DNA of 60,000 nt. It comes from Amphiscolops sp. MND2022 (lineage: Eukaryota). Made by a program: the position numbers and the translations under genes. The stretch covers positions 41,976,001 to 42,036,000 of the forward strand of contig OZ076413.1 of the NCBI GenBank assembly GCA_964187785.1. Reading direction: 5' to 3'. This document shows positions 36,238 through 47,097 of the stretch, in pieces. The notes under the pieces are model-generated. The model was given only the letters and a program-made list of their open reading frames with translations, was not told where the DNA came from and searched no databases. The stretch's first letter is position 1, and every line of letters begins with the position of its first letter.

Positions 36238-36646
36238 TTAAGAATTATGGTAGTTTAAATTTTGGTAGTATAAATTTAAAACTGCATTTTTGAAACCAAT
36301 AATTTGTATAAGATACAACACATACAAACAATACGCCGCGCAATAACTGTCGTTGGTCTGAATTTGATACTCTGAATAGATACCATTATTAATTTGTTTT
36401 GTTATATTTAGTGGTGGTGGACAGCCATATGAATCGAAAGTTTTGGTTTGTAAACATAACCCAATGTGTTCCTTTAGTTGGATGTAAGTTAACTATACCA
36501 CTGGTGGTTATAAGTTTATCATCTCTCATATATATTCCACAAGATGTGTTCATGAGTTTTAAGATTTCTTTTGTTTCTACATTGGAAGTTGCTTCATTTT
36601 TTAATCCATATTTATTAACAAATTCTTTGAATGATAAATAATTCAT
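36238..36646 (-). pseudogene. Adenain-like cysteine protease, frameshifted ~36435
   Basis: GIVNL..GTHWV, FDSYGCPPP, YQIQTNDSYCAAYCLY give the His/Asp/Gln/Cys set. Confidence 0.9.
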
Positions 36647-36722
36647 TTAATAGTTATTTTTCATCAATTTTGTTAATTTTTCAGTTGTGAAAAATGACTA
36701 ATTTTTAGATGGTTTGCCTTGG

Positions 36723-36992
36723 TTATTTTTTAACAGTTAGTTGTGAAAAAAAACGTTAATTTTAGATACAGCTTCGCTGGCGTTTTGCGTGATTTACCTT
36801 GAAAACATGTTATTTTTTAACATTTTTTGATTACGGAAAAAAACGTTAATTTTAGATGATTTACCTTGAAAACATGTTGTTTTTTAACATTTTTTTTATT
36901 ACGGTAAAAAAACGTTAATTTTAGATGATTTTGGTTTTTTTGATGTTATTTTTTATTTTTTATGGGCGTATATCGGGAAATAGCCTACAACT
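36723..36992 (-). repeat. Polinton right TIR
   Basis: Ends atcgggaaatagcctacaact; inverted match to 7513-7786. Confidence 0.93.
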
Positions 36993-38172
36993 AATGGATC
37001 TGGGAGTATACGCTGAAATCTGCCAGCGGGTCGAAAGTTTTCCTTTTATTGTGGAGGAAAGATATATCACAATTGTGAGAAAAATTGATTTTGCGGGGAT
37101 GTCGTCTATGATAATTCCTACTTACTAAAGTAGACAGTGTTTTCAGGATAAAAGGATTCTCGGTGGTGTTAAGTTGTTCCATACGAGTTAGTCCTAAATA
37201 CGAAACTCTGCACAAAAACAATTCAAAAAACATTGAAGCTTGATTTCATCAATGCAGATTTCAAAAAAAATATATAAAAAGTTCTAACCGAAATTGAACG
37301 AGAACAAATCCAATAACAGTGAAAGCACTATTTGCATAACAATACAAAATCTAGGTTTAAAGAATGTTGAGTTAGTTTCACTGCTCTTCTGGGCTCAAGT
37401 GACACTCTGCCTGGACAGTTCTTTGTTTAAGCGTAGCTGAACAACTTCCTCTTGCTCCTGCTTCCTCTTCATGTTAAACTTGATACATAGCACTTCGAGA
37501 AAAAAGTAGAATTCTGACCATGAGAAGTCTTTAGTAGTACAGTGAGGGCGTTCTCTTCTTCTAGCTTTATAGCTGCTTTAGTTACCTGGTAGACCAGTGA
37601 GGTTCCGGTGATACGCGTTCACAAAAAGCTCAAGCGAGAAAATCAATCGTTCATTATAACCTAAGGACTAGACTGAAAAACCTGGGCACTGTTAATTGAT
37701 TTTTACAAACGTCCACAGAGCAGGGTCGTAGTTTCCACTCTGTTTGAAGAGGTATGCTGAGAAACTAACTATATTGTCGTTGAGCTCCGTGTATGTTCAT
37801 GTTGATTTGAACTGAACCTACGTGAAAATTCCAAAATCAAAACATTTTGGCGTTTTTCGTACTTTTTCCGATATTCTGCTTCATTTTGGGTGGTTTCAGG
37901 GCCCATTCTCAAAAAGATCGAACGGTTCCTTTAATAATTATCCTACGAGCCTAATAAAAATGTTTTTCTTTCCCTCACTTGAAATATGCATTTGAAAGTA
38001 GTTTTTAGAGTGATTTCAATGGAATTATCTGTCCCGAATTGCATCATCGGGTCTGTTTCCGAGCATCTGAATAACGTACACCTCTTCAGTTAGTGGGTGT
38101 TAACTCGACATAATTAAAGAAACAAAATTGTGATTGGACATAACAAGCGCTGACCGAACTCACGTCAGTTTG

Positions 38173-38652
38173 AACAAGACGGGAACGTCTCAAGTTGGCG
38201 CTATATCTAAGGCTGAAATAAAATCGAAGGGACCCTTTGGAGACCAAAAAAATTTCGCGAAAAAAAGCGCACAGCGAAGAAAAAACCGAGAGGGGACTCT
38301 TTATACTCATCCGGTTTTGTAGGCTACGTTTAAAAAGTAAAAAACCAAAGGGGGACCCTTTGGAGACAAAAAAATTGAAAAAAAAAGTTGCACAGTGCCG
38401 AAAAAAATCGAATGAGGGGACCCTTTAGTCTCGTCCGGTTTTGCAGGTTACGTTTAAAAAGTAAAAAAAAAACAAAGAGGGACCTTTGGAATAACTAAGA
38501 TGCGTTTCCCGGGTATTCATTTAGTTTCCCTTAGTTGAGCAAACTGATCACAACGTTAACTAACGTTCGTCGCTTCGAGTCTGTCTTGAAAAAAAAAAGA
38601 AAAAACGAGTGACTGTAACAGTCGAGCTCTTTTATTAAAAAAAGCGCCGACT
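38173..38652 (-). mobile_element. Helentron-type non-autonomous repeat
   Basis: aacaagacgggaacgtct.. at one end and aaagcgccgactaaaa at the other. Confidence 0.65.
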
Positions 38653-41115
38653 AAAAACACGTGAAAATCAGTAAAGCTTTGAATCAACCAGGCAGCATGG
38701 TGTAGTGGTTAGAGTATTCGTCCTGTACTGGGGCGGCAAAAGGTTCGAATCTATGTCAACTCACCCTTGTTGGGCCTTAAGCAAGTCCTTCATCCCAAGC
38801 TTAGTGGTATAGTGAGTGACGAAAAGAGCGCATTTGGCGGAGAAAAGCAAAAATAAAAAGAGCAACGGTGAGCAGTCAGACCGTTGTTTCCTTGAGCAAT
38901 TCACTTTGAAACCGCCGCACCATTACTTGACCACTTGGATGCAATTGTGGTATCAAAGGTATCCGAGCTATATCTAAGGCTCAAAAAGCGCAGTTTTTAA
39001 AATGTGTAGGACATTTTCATGACAAGCTCCTGTTTCCGATCCTCCGCCTCCTCCTTAGTAAAGAGCATTATAGTTCGGATATAACGTCAAAAATTCGGTT
39101 ATAGCTCTTTACTCAGGATATTACGTCTATCTCTGATACTATTCAAAAAAATATTTGTGGGTAGGAAGATGAGAATTTTGAAACAGTCTCATAGTTCTGA
39201 AGAATGTAAAAGGGAGACCCTATGGGCTCTTTGAAAATCCAGTTTGATGCAAAACATCAAAAAAAGACGGTGGGACCTTTTGGTGACAAAAAAATTGAAA
39301 GAAAAGTTGCACAGTGCCGAAAAAAAATCGAATGAGGGGACCCTTTAGTCTCGTCCGGTTTTGCAGGTTACGTTTAAAAAATAAAAAAAACCAAAAGGGG
39401 ACCTTTGGAATAACTAAGATGCGTTTCCCGGGTATTCATTTAGTTTCCCTTAGTTGAGCAAACTGATCACAACGTTAACTAACGTTCGTCGCTTCAAGTC
39501 TGTCTTGTAAAAAGAAAAAAACGAGTGACTGTAACAGTCGAGCTCTTTTATTATAAAAAGCGCCGACTAAAAACACGTGAAAATCAGTAGAGCTTTGAAT
39601 CAACCAGGCAGCATGGTGTAGTGGTTAGAGTATTCGTCCTGTACTGGGGCGGCAAAAGGTTCCAATCTATGTCAACTCACCATTGTTGGGCCTTAGGCAA
39701 GTCCTTCATCCCAAGCTTAGTGGTATAGTGAGTGACGAAAAGAGCGCACTTGGCGGAGAAAAGCAAAAATAAAAAGAGCAACGATGAGCAGTCAGACCGT
39801 TGTTTCCTTGAGCAATTCACTTTGAAACCGCTGCACCATTACTTGACCACTTGGAAGCAATTGTGGTATCAAAGGTATCCGAGCTATATCTAAGGCTCAA
39901 AAAGCGCAGTTTTTAAAATGTGTAGGACACTTTCATGACAATCTCCTGTTTCCGATCCTCCCTCTCCTCCTTAGTAAAGAGCATTATAGTTCGGATATAA
40001 CGTCAAAAATTCGGTTATAGCGCTTTACTCAGGATATTACGTCTATCTCTGATACTATTGAAAAAAAAATATTTGTGGGTAGGAAGATGAGAATTTTGAA
40101 ACAGTCTCATAGTTCTGAAGAATGTAAAAGGGAGAGCCTATGGGCTTTTTGAAAATCCAGTTTGATGCAAAACATCAAAAAATGACGGTGTGACCCTTTG
40201 GTGACAAAAAAATTGAAAGAAAAGTTGCACAGTGCCGAAAAAAAAATCGAATGAGGGGACCCTTTAGTCTCGTCCGGTTTTGCAGGTTACGTTTAAAAAG
40301 TAAAAAAAACCAAAGGGGGACCTTTGGAATAACTAAGATGCGTTTCCCGGGTAGTCATTTAGTTTCCCTTAGTTGAGCAAACTGATCACAACGTTAACTA
40401 ACGTTCGTCGCTTCAAGTCTGTCTTGTAAAAAGAAAAAAACGAGTGACTGTAACAGTCGAGCTCTTTTATTTAAAAAAGCGCCTACTAAAAACACGTGAA
40501 AATCAGTAAAGCTTTGAATCAACCAGGCAGCATGGTGTAGTGGTTAGAGTATTCGTCCTGTACTAGGGCGGCAAAAGGTTCGAATTTATGTCAACTCACC
40601 ATTGTTGGGCCTTAAGCAAGTCCTTCATCCCAAGCTTAGTGGTATAGTGAGTGACGAAAAGAGCGCATTTGGCGGAGAAAAGCAAAAATAAAAAGAGCAA
40701 CGGTGAGCAGTCAGACCGTTGTTTCCTTGAGCAATTCACTTTGAAACCGCTGCACCATTACTTGACCACTTGGATGCAGTTGTGGTATGAAAGGTATCCG
40801 AGCTATATCTAAGGCTCAAAAAGCGCAGTTTTTAAAATATGTGTAGGACATTTTCATGACAAACTCCCGTTTTCGATCCTCCGCCTCCTCCTTAGTAAAA
40901 AGCATTATAGTTCGGACATAACGTCAAAAATTCGGTTATAGCGCTTTCCTTAGGATATTACGTCTATTTCTGATACTATTGAAAAAATATTTGTGGGTAG
41001 AAAGATGAGAATTTTGAAACAGTCTCATAGTTCCGAAAAATGTAAAAGGGAGACCCTTTGGGCTTTTTGAAAATCCAGTTTGATGCAAAATATCAAAAAA
41101 TGACGGTGGGACCCT
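38352..41115. repeat. Tandem triplication of a ~919-bp unit (Helentron-like ends plus SINE-like segment)
   Basis: Units start near 38352, 39272 and 40191 and differ by scattered substitutions. Confidence 0.92.
38691..38940 (+). mobile_element. tRNA-derived SINE-like unit (copies near 39607 and 40526)
   Basis: A box tggtgtagtgg, B box ggttcgaatc, then ccttaagcaagtcctt resembling the start of a CORE domain; no intact acceptor stem. Confidence 0.55.
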
Positions 41116-41592
41116 TTGAAGGCAAGAAAATTTCGAAAGTCGCACAGTGCCGAAAAAAATTGAAAGAGGGGACCCTTCAGTCTCGTCCGCGTTCGCAAAT
41201 GCTCGAAGTTTCTGGCTAAAGCAGGGACTCGAACCCGTGACCGCTGGGTTCCCCGTAAACCGACCGATTAAAGTCTGTACTAAAAAGTACATACAGGGCG
41301 AGGTCTGTGGTCTGACGAAAAAAAGAGAAAAAATTAACCACTACAATAGTCGGGCACTTTTCACAAGAAAAGGGCCGACTAAAAACGTTAGAGATAAAAC
41401 TCCACAAAAATCAGGGCAAAATATGGGCGTATTTACAATTTATTTATACAGCAATTAGTTACATTACTCTCAATAAATTATATACATTCAACCAATTCTG
41501 TTATTTATATCCAAATTTTCTATCCAAATTTTCGACATTGGCCGAGTTATCGTAGTCTCTAAAGAAGGTGTTTCATGTCACGTGCACGTGAC

Positions 41593-41683
41593 TCATCGGG
41601 ATGTGAGGAACTCGGAAAGTCTGGGGTCGTTCATCAGTTTCTCTTCCAGCTGTTTGTACTTAATTGGTGCGCCGGCCTTGTGA
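41593..41683 (-). CDS. DRC7: Dynein regulatory complex subunit 7, last coding exon
   Basis: ttttgatttcag acceptor, phase 2; HKAGAPIKYKQLEEKLMNDPRLSEFLTSR*; AATAAA on the minus strand at 41439-41444. Confidence 0.9.
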
Positions 41684-42047
41684 CTGAAATCAAAACACAG
41701 AAACTATGAGAAAAAATTTCGTAACTCGCCTGCAAGTAGTAAAAATTTCACATTTTGATAAAGGAAGCGATCATTGGGCTCATCATAAACTGATAACAGC
41801 TAAAAAAAAGCAGAAAATAGAAACGGTTATTGGATCTATGGTCTGCTGCACTTCTAAGTTTTGAGGTACGGGTCCTGAGAAGGTAGCGGTTTTTAGAGCA
41901 TCTCATAAAAGGATTCACTGGGCGTTGAAAAAGTCTGTGCTTCAACTTCATAAAGAAGAAAAAGAGGAGCAAAGGCAAATTTTCTTCAAATGAAGGAACT
42001 CATTAACAGAGAATGACGTCATACTACAAGAATGACGTCATACTAAC

Positions 42048-42187
42048 CGACTGAGACGTTGTTCGAGGATGTGTATTCTGAACATGGCGTCTGAGCAGTA
42101 GGCCAAGTATTCATCTTCCTCCACTTTGGTCATGGCCAGCTGCTGCTCTTGGTACCACTGCTGTTTCTTCTCCAGCTGTGCTGTCTC
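42048..42187 (-). CDS. DRC7: DRC7 penultimate exon
   Basis: ETAQLEKKQQWYQEQQLAMTKVEEDEYLAYCSDAMFRIHILEQRLSR with cag and gttagt boundaries. Confidence 0.93.
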
Positions 42188-43871
42188 CTGGAATGAGCAA
42201 TGAAACCCAGATAAACCAAGAACAAAAACTGCATAATTGTAGCGTATCGGAATGTTCATGACCCTGACACCGGGTTGACCCTGTTCAAGCATTTTGGCTG
42301 TCATGGCAGGATCTTGCCAAAATATTTTCACACCTTGGCTGCCATGGATCCCATGGCAAGAGTCTCACTAAGATATATAATTAATGGACAAAATTATAGG
42401 ATTTCAAAATTTCGGCAAGGAGATCATTAAAACCGTTTTTATTTGAGGACACTCCTTTCTTTTGGCAATATCTCAAGATGATTATCGAAAGAAATGCCTT
42501 CAATAAACGTTTCTTGAATTTTGATCTATTTTACATTCGTAATTATGTGAAACTTCTGACCATGTTTCTTATCCCCCAAGCGGCTGCTTCAGGGTAATTT
42601 TTGCTGGAAAAGTCAAAAAAGCTGTAGAGACAAGCGCTTGGTACCCTTGTATGTCAGTGCCAAACAAAAAATGTTTCTAATTTTGCAAAATAAGTGCATT
42701 AAAGTAGCGTAAAATCGGGTCAAATTTGAGTGAAAAGAATCGTGGACTTTAGTGGTCATTCAGCATGAGTTTTTGCGGACACTAGTAAGAAATCTTCAAT
42801 AAAATAATTTCGGTACCTGTGGCGATTGGATATAGACCTAAGACTTGACATTCGTGATCATCTCTCATCATTTAAAAATTTCGGTGCCAATAATTGGCAT
42901 CTTGAACAATATCAAAAGATATATTGATGATCAATGATAAAAAAATGGCCGGATTTTGCTCACAACTTAAGATCTGAAACTAAATTTTCAAAATAATACA
43001 TGTGAAACTATTTTCAGCTAACCTTTTTTACACTGGTGGTAAAACTTTCAAAATTAGCGGAAAGTAAACTAGACAAAATCCCGAAAAAAAATGTGTTTTA
43101 TCATAGTTCAGAATTGGTCACACTTTTTGAAAAATTCGCAAAATCATAAGACGTTTCAAACTGCCTTTCACCAAACACAGGTTACGCTCGTTTTTTCACA
43201 GGACAGTATTTGGAAATATTCTTTCTGGGCTGTCTCTCAAAATGTCGCAAAACGAATTTTGGTATTCTGTCACAAGAATACGAATTTACTTCGGGTATGT
43301 ATCTGTAAAACACATTGGACTCATTATTTCTACATATATCCCCATGATATCACTTCTTCCCTCTGGTACGATGCTTCGTCAATTGGAGGCGGAGTTATTT
43401 TTCATTTTTTAAAGAATATGCGAACACCATTTGCTTGTAGAAAAAATTATATCAAGTTATGGTGATTTTGAAATCGATTATCACGATCCATTTTTTGCTC
43501 AAACCATTTAATCTACTTTATCACTTATGCTGTGTAAAATTTCATGTTTGGGCCCAATTATCTGCGTGAAAACTGCGAAAAGAATCATTCTACTAAATGG
43601 AAAGCAAGAAAAATGGCAAAACTTGATCAGTTACGCGAGCCTTTTTCTGAGATAAAAAGAAGTTGTAGCTCTGCGTTAGTCATATTTGTTATCAATATGA
43701 GAAACATCGGTTCTGATTTGAGAAAAAAGGCTTGTGCACAATTCGATAATATGTGAACTGGTTTCATTCGTGTAAAGGTGATGAGTTTAATCTTGCTTCA
43801 TCATCCCCCAAAGGTAATTTAGAAAAAACCGATAACAGCATCACGTTGGCGCTTATAATCAACGTCACAAG

Positions 43872-44797
43872 AAGCAAGACCGAAACCGAAACATCTCAAG
43901 TCGGCGCTATAGATAAGGCTCAAAAAGTGAAAGGTTCTTACAATAAGCTCAGGACATTTTTTTATGAAAAACTCACAAGAAAAGTTTTGAAACACCCAAA
44001 GGGTGCGTTTCGTGCTCGGAAAAGGCTTCAGAAGTTCGGATAAAGCCTGCTGGGTTACACGGGAGCGCTGTTTTTTGAACCTCGGCTTTCTACTTAGTAA
44101 AATGCTATTTACATAATGTTTAAAGCAAGCAAAGTGTTTGAAATTTTCAAGGCACAACTATTGTGAAACTTTTCAATTACCATACAATGCCATAACAAAC
44201 AGAAGGGTAAATTCGAGACTCAAAAACAGCTTGTTTTGAAACTGGAAACATCACAAAAATCCAATTCTTCTTTGAAAAATTGAAAAAAAATCGTTGAAAA
44301 AAGTCACACACAGTCAAAAATTCAAAACGAGACTGCTAAGACTCGCTCAACGCTTTTGTCAAATAGAAACTTGAGACCCGAAAACAACAGTTTTTGTCAA
44401 CTGGAAACATTTGAATAACACAATATTTTGAAACAATTTCTTTTCAAAGAATTTTTCGGTCAAACAAAAAGTCGCATAAGGCCAGGGATAGCAAAAGGAG
44501 ACCCTTTAGGCTCGCTAACGCTCTTGCTCTTTTCGAACCGAAAGTTTCAAAACACCCAAGGGGTCCCTTTGGTGTCGTTTACTTTTGCGAAAATCAGAGA
44601 AATAATCTCCATTCTGGGATTCGAACCCACGCACCCTTGCTTTACAACCACGCACTCGCCCACTACGGCAAACGGGCGTGTCGTTCTAAAGTTGTTGTTT
44701 GAAATTAATGAAAATTTAAAAAAGTGAAATTTACAAGGTGACAAGAAAAACTTGCCACTGGAAGAGTCGTGCACTTTTTTTCAAAAAGCGCCGACTA
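43872..44797 (-). mobile_element. Helentron-type non-autonomous repeat (long, decayed)
   Basis: aagtcggcgctatagataaggctc and aaaagcgccgactaaaa ends; internal reversed B-box gggattcgaaccc. Confidence 0.6.
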
Positions 44798-47097
44798 AAA
44801 ACGCCCTGTAAACACGAAACAACTTGAAAAGATGATTATACATACACGAAAGTCAGAGAGCCCAACTGAGTTGAGCCAAAAAAACTGTAACCCACGATAA
44901 CTGAATTGTTATTTTTTGCTGATAGCTAACTCAGAAAAAGAATCGTATTTGAGAAGATCAAGCCTTTGAGAGAAAAATATTTCTGACCTCATAGCACGCA
45001 CGGCTAAGATTCTACGCCCGGGTTGGTCAGACTGAGATTTCAAGAAGAAAAACTTTTTGCAACATGCCTCGCAATTTTTGTATGCATCATTGGAACAATC
45101 TTTATGTCATTGACATGTGCTTTTTCATTCTCCAAGTGTCCCTGTTCTGCTTGTTTCAGTAAAATTGAGACCTTCGAATAAATGAAATTGGCTGAAAAAT
45201 GCAGAAAAACAAATTAAGTTTCTTCTCCTCCCGTGGAAGAAAAGCAATACCGTTTTTGGGATTTGTGAACTAGAAAATTAGATGAATGAATATTCATTAC
45301 CAACTCAAAAACTACCCTATTTGAATAATCAATTCCAAATTTCAATACCAAGAAAAATCCCTTTTAAACCCAAAGGGTGTCTTTTGGCAGTGTGAGATTT
45401 TTCAGAACTTCCATGAAACAGCCTTTTTGCATATTTGAAAGACATCAAAAAAATTAGACATCCGTACTGCCGATCAGCTAAAATACTGTAAAAATGCCAG
45501 AAAAAAAAATTCCGCGATAATGTATCCAATTCAATACCAACTGTGGAACTGGCTACAATTTCTAAAGAGACGAAAAAACATGCACCTTTGTAAGGACCCC
45601 AAAGTGAATTTGGGGATTTCAGCTTGCTTTCCATCAAATATTAAATACAGGTGGATATGCGTTTGACTAATTCACAAACAAAAAAAGGAGGACTGTAAAT
45701 CTCTCTTATATAGCTTTTCAGCGTTTCTTCGGGTTTCTCAAAATTTTATCGGCTTTTTGAAAGTTCCTCGCAAGCCCATGCTGCACTAACAGTGATTTAC
45801 AGAGTAAGCACACACATATTGTATCCGGAAAACTAGGCACAATGAATATCACAGACGACGCAGTGGTACTGTCATATTTTCTGCGGCAACACGCAAAAAT
45901 TTGCCTTACTATCTTAATGCTCAAGATAACGGAATTATTTTCCATTTTTGCCCAGAAGGAATTTTTTGTCAATGATTTTACCCAAACGAACCAGCCAGTA
46001 TTCGCTTTGCAATGGACTACAGTTATATACAGCAGTTCTCCTATGAAACTACAGTGCCATCGGGCGACTCTGATTGATCCCTATCAAAACTTTCCGTTCG
46101 AGGAGTAAAAAAGAGGTTCTTTAATTATAATTTAGTAATATTATATCGACTTTGCTTTCGTCTGGTATAATCTAGCATTTAAAAAAAAAGCTTTTTATAC
46201 TATTTTTACAGTCTAATTCAGAATAAATAGTACCATTACAAAACTTGAAACAAAGTGTATTCAATGTTTGACGCCAAAAGGATTGTGGCAATATCAACGC
46301 ACAAACTTTTCGCAGATTAGTTCAGAATTGAGCAAATATGACGAAAAGTTGTTTCAATAAATCTCAGACGAACTCATCTTTGATTCAAATAACCAAAAGT
46401 CATTTTATTGATATCTGTTGAGAGTTTAGTTAGAACAAATCAATTGGTTTCGGTATTCAACTCAATTTGCCAAGATCGTAGCCAAATTTTGCTCAAACTT
46501 TTTTATTGATTGTATATATACGTAGATATATCACAGAATTGAAATTGATACATGTTTAACAAAATATACGAGTCGAGTTTTTGAGCAACTTCACGAATTA
46601 CAGATTCACATCATTTTGACAAAAACAAATGATATGATTTCTAGAGAAACTATCACATTTAGCTGTGAAGAACTGTATGAATAACTGTAAAAAATTCTGG
46701 ATAAAATTTTGCTGAGATATTTTAAGCTGGCATTCAGGAAAAAAGATTTTCTAGCGTCTCAGTGAAAATAGAACAGGAAAGAAGGCATCAGAGATGAGGT
46801 TTTGCATATTTTATCAGTTCTAGAGTTTGCATAACGTATATATGTATACTTCAAATTTAAATTTAAAAAAAAAACATTGAATCTATCTTTATTTTTTTTC
46901 GTTCTAAAATTAATAGGAAAAAATGCCCCTTAAGAGTCAATGCATGTATTTGGCAAATGAGTTTACTTCCAAAAAAACCCACCACAACACAAGGTCACAA
47001 AGGTCACAAGACATCGACAACATTCTCATTCCTCAGAAACAAAGAACATCCGATACACAAAGAAAATAAGCATAACTTTTTGAATTGGCTTCTCTCA

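Larger units (their letters stand above)
7513..36992. mobile_element. Polinton/Maverick endogenous virus (~13.9 kb without the nested retrotransposon), pseudogenised
   Basis: AGTAGTAG start, ~270-bp TIRs, and pPolB, integrase, ATPases, cysteine protease, major and minor capsid genes between the TIRs. Confidence 0.96.

Noticed and set aside
8098..36646. Programmed recoding or an alternative genetic code in Polinton genes
   Set aside because: Breaks are a random mix of indels and different stops, consistent with decay or sequencing error.
37200..37800. Possible decayed coding fragment next to the Polinton
   Set aside because: No sustained frame or recognisable motif.
38691..38765. Functional tRNA genes (also ~39607, ~40526, 53045)
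   Set aside because: A and B boxes are present but there are no proper acceptor or anticodon stems, and they are embedded in repeats.
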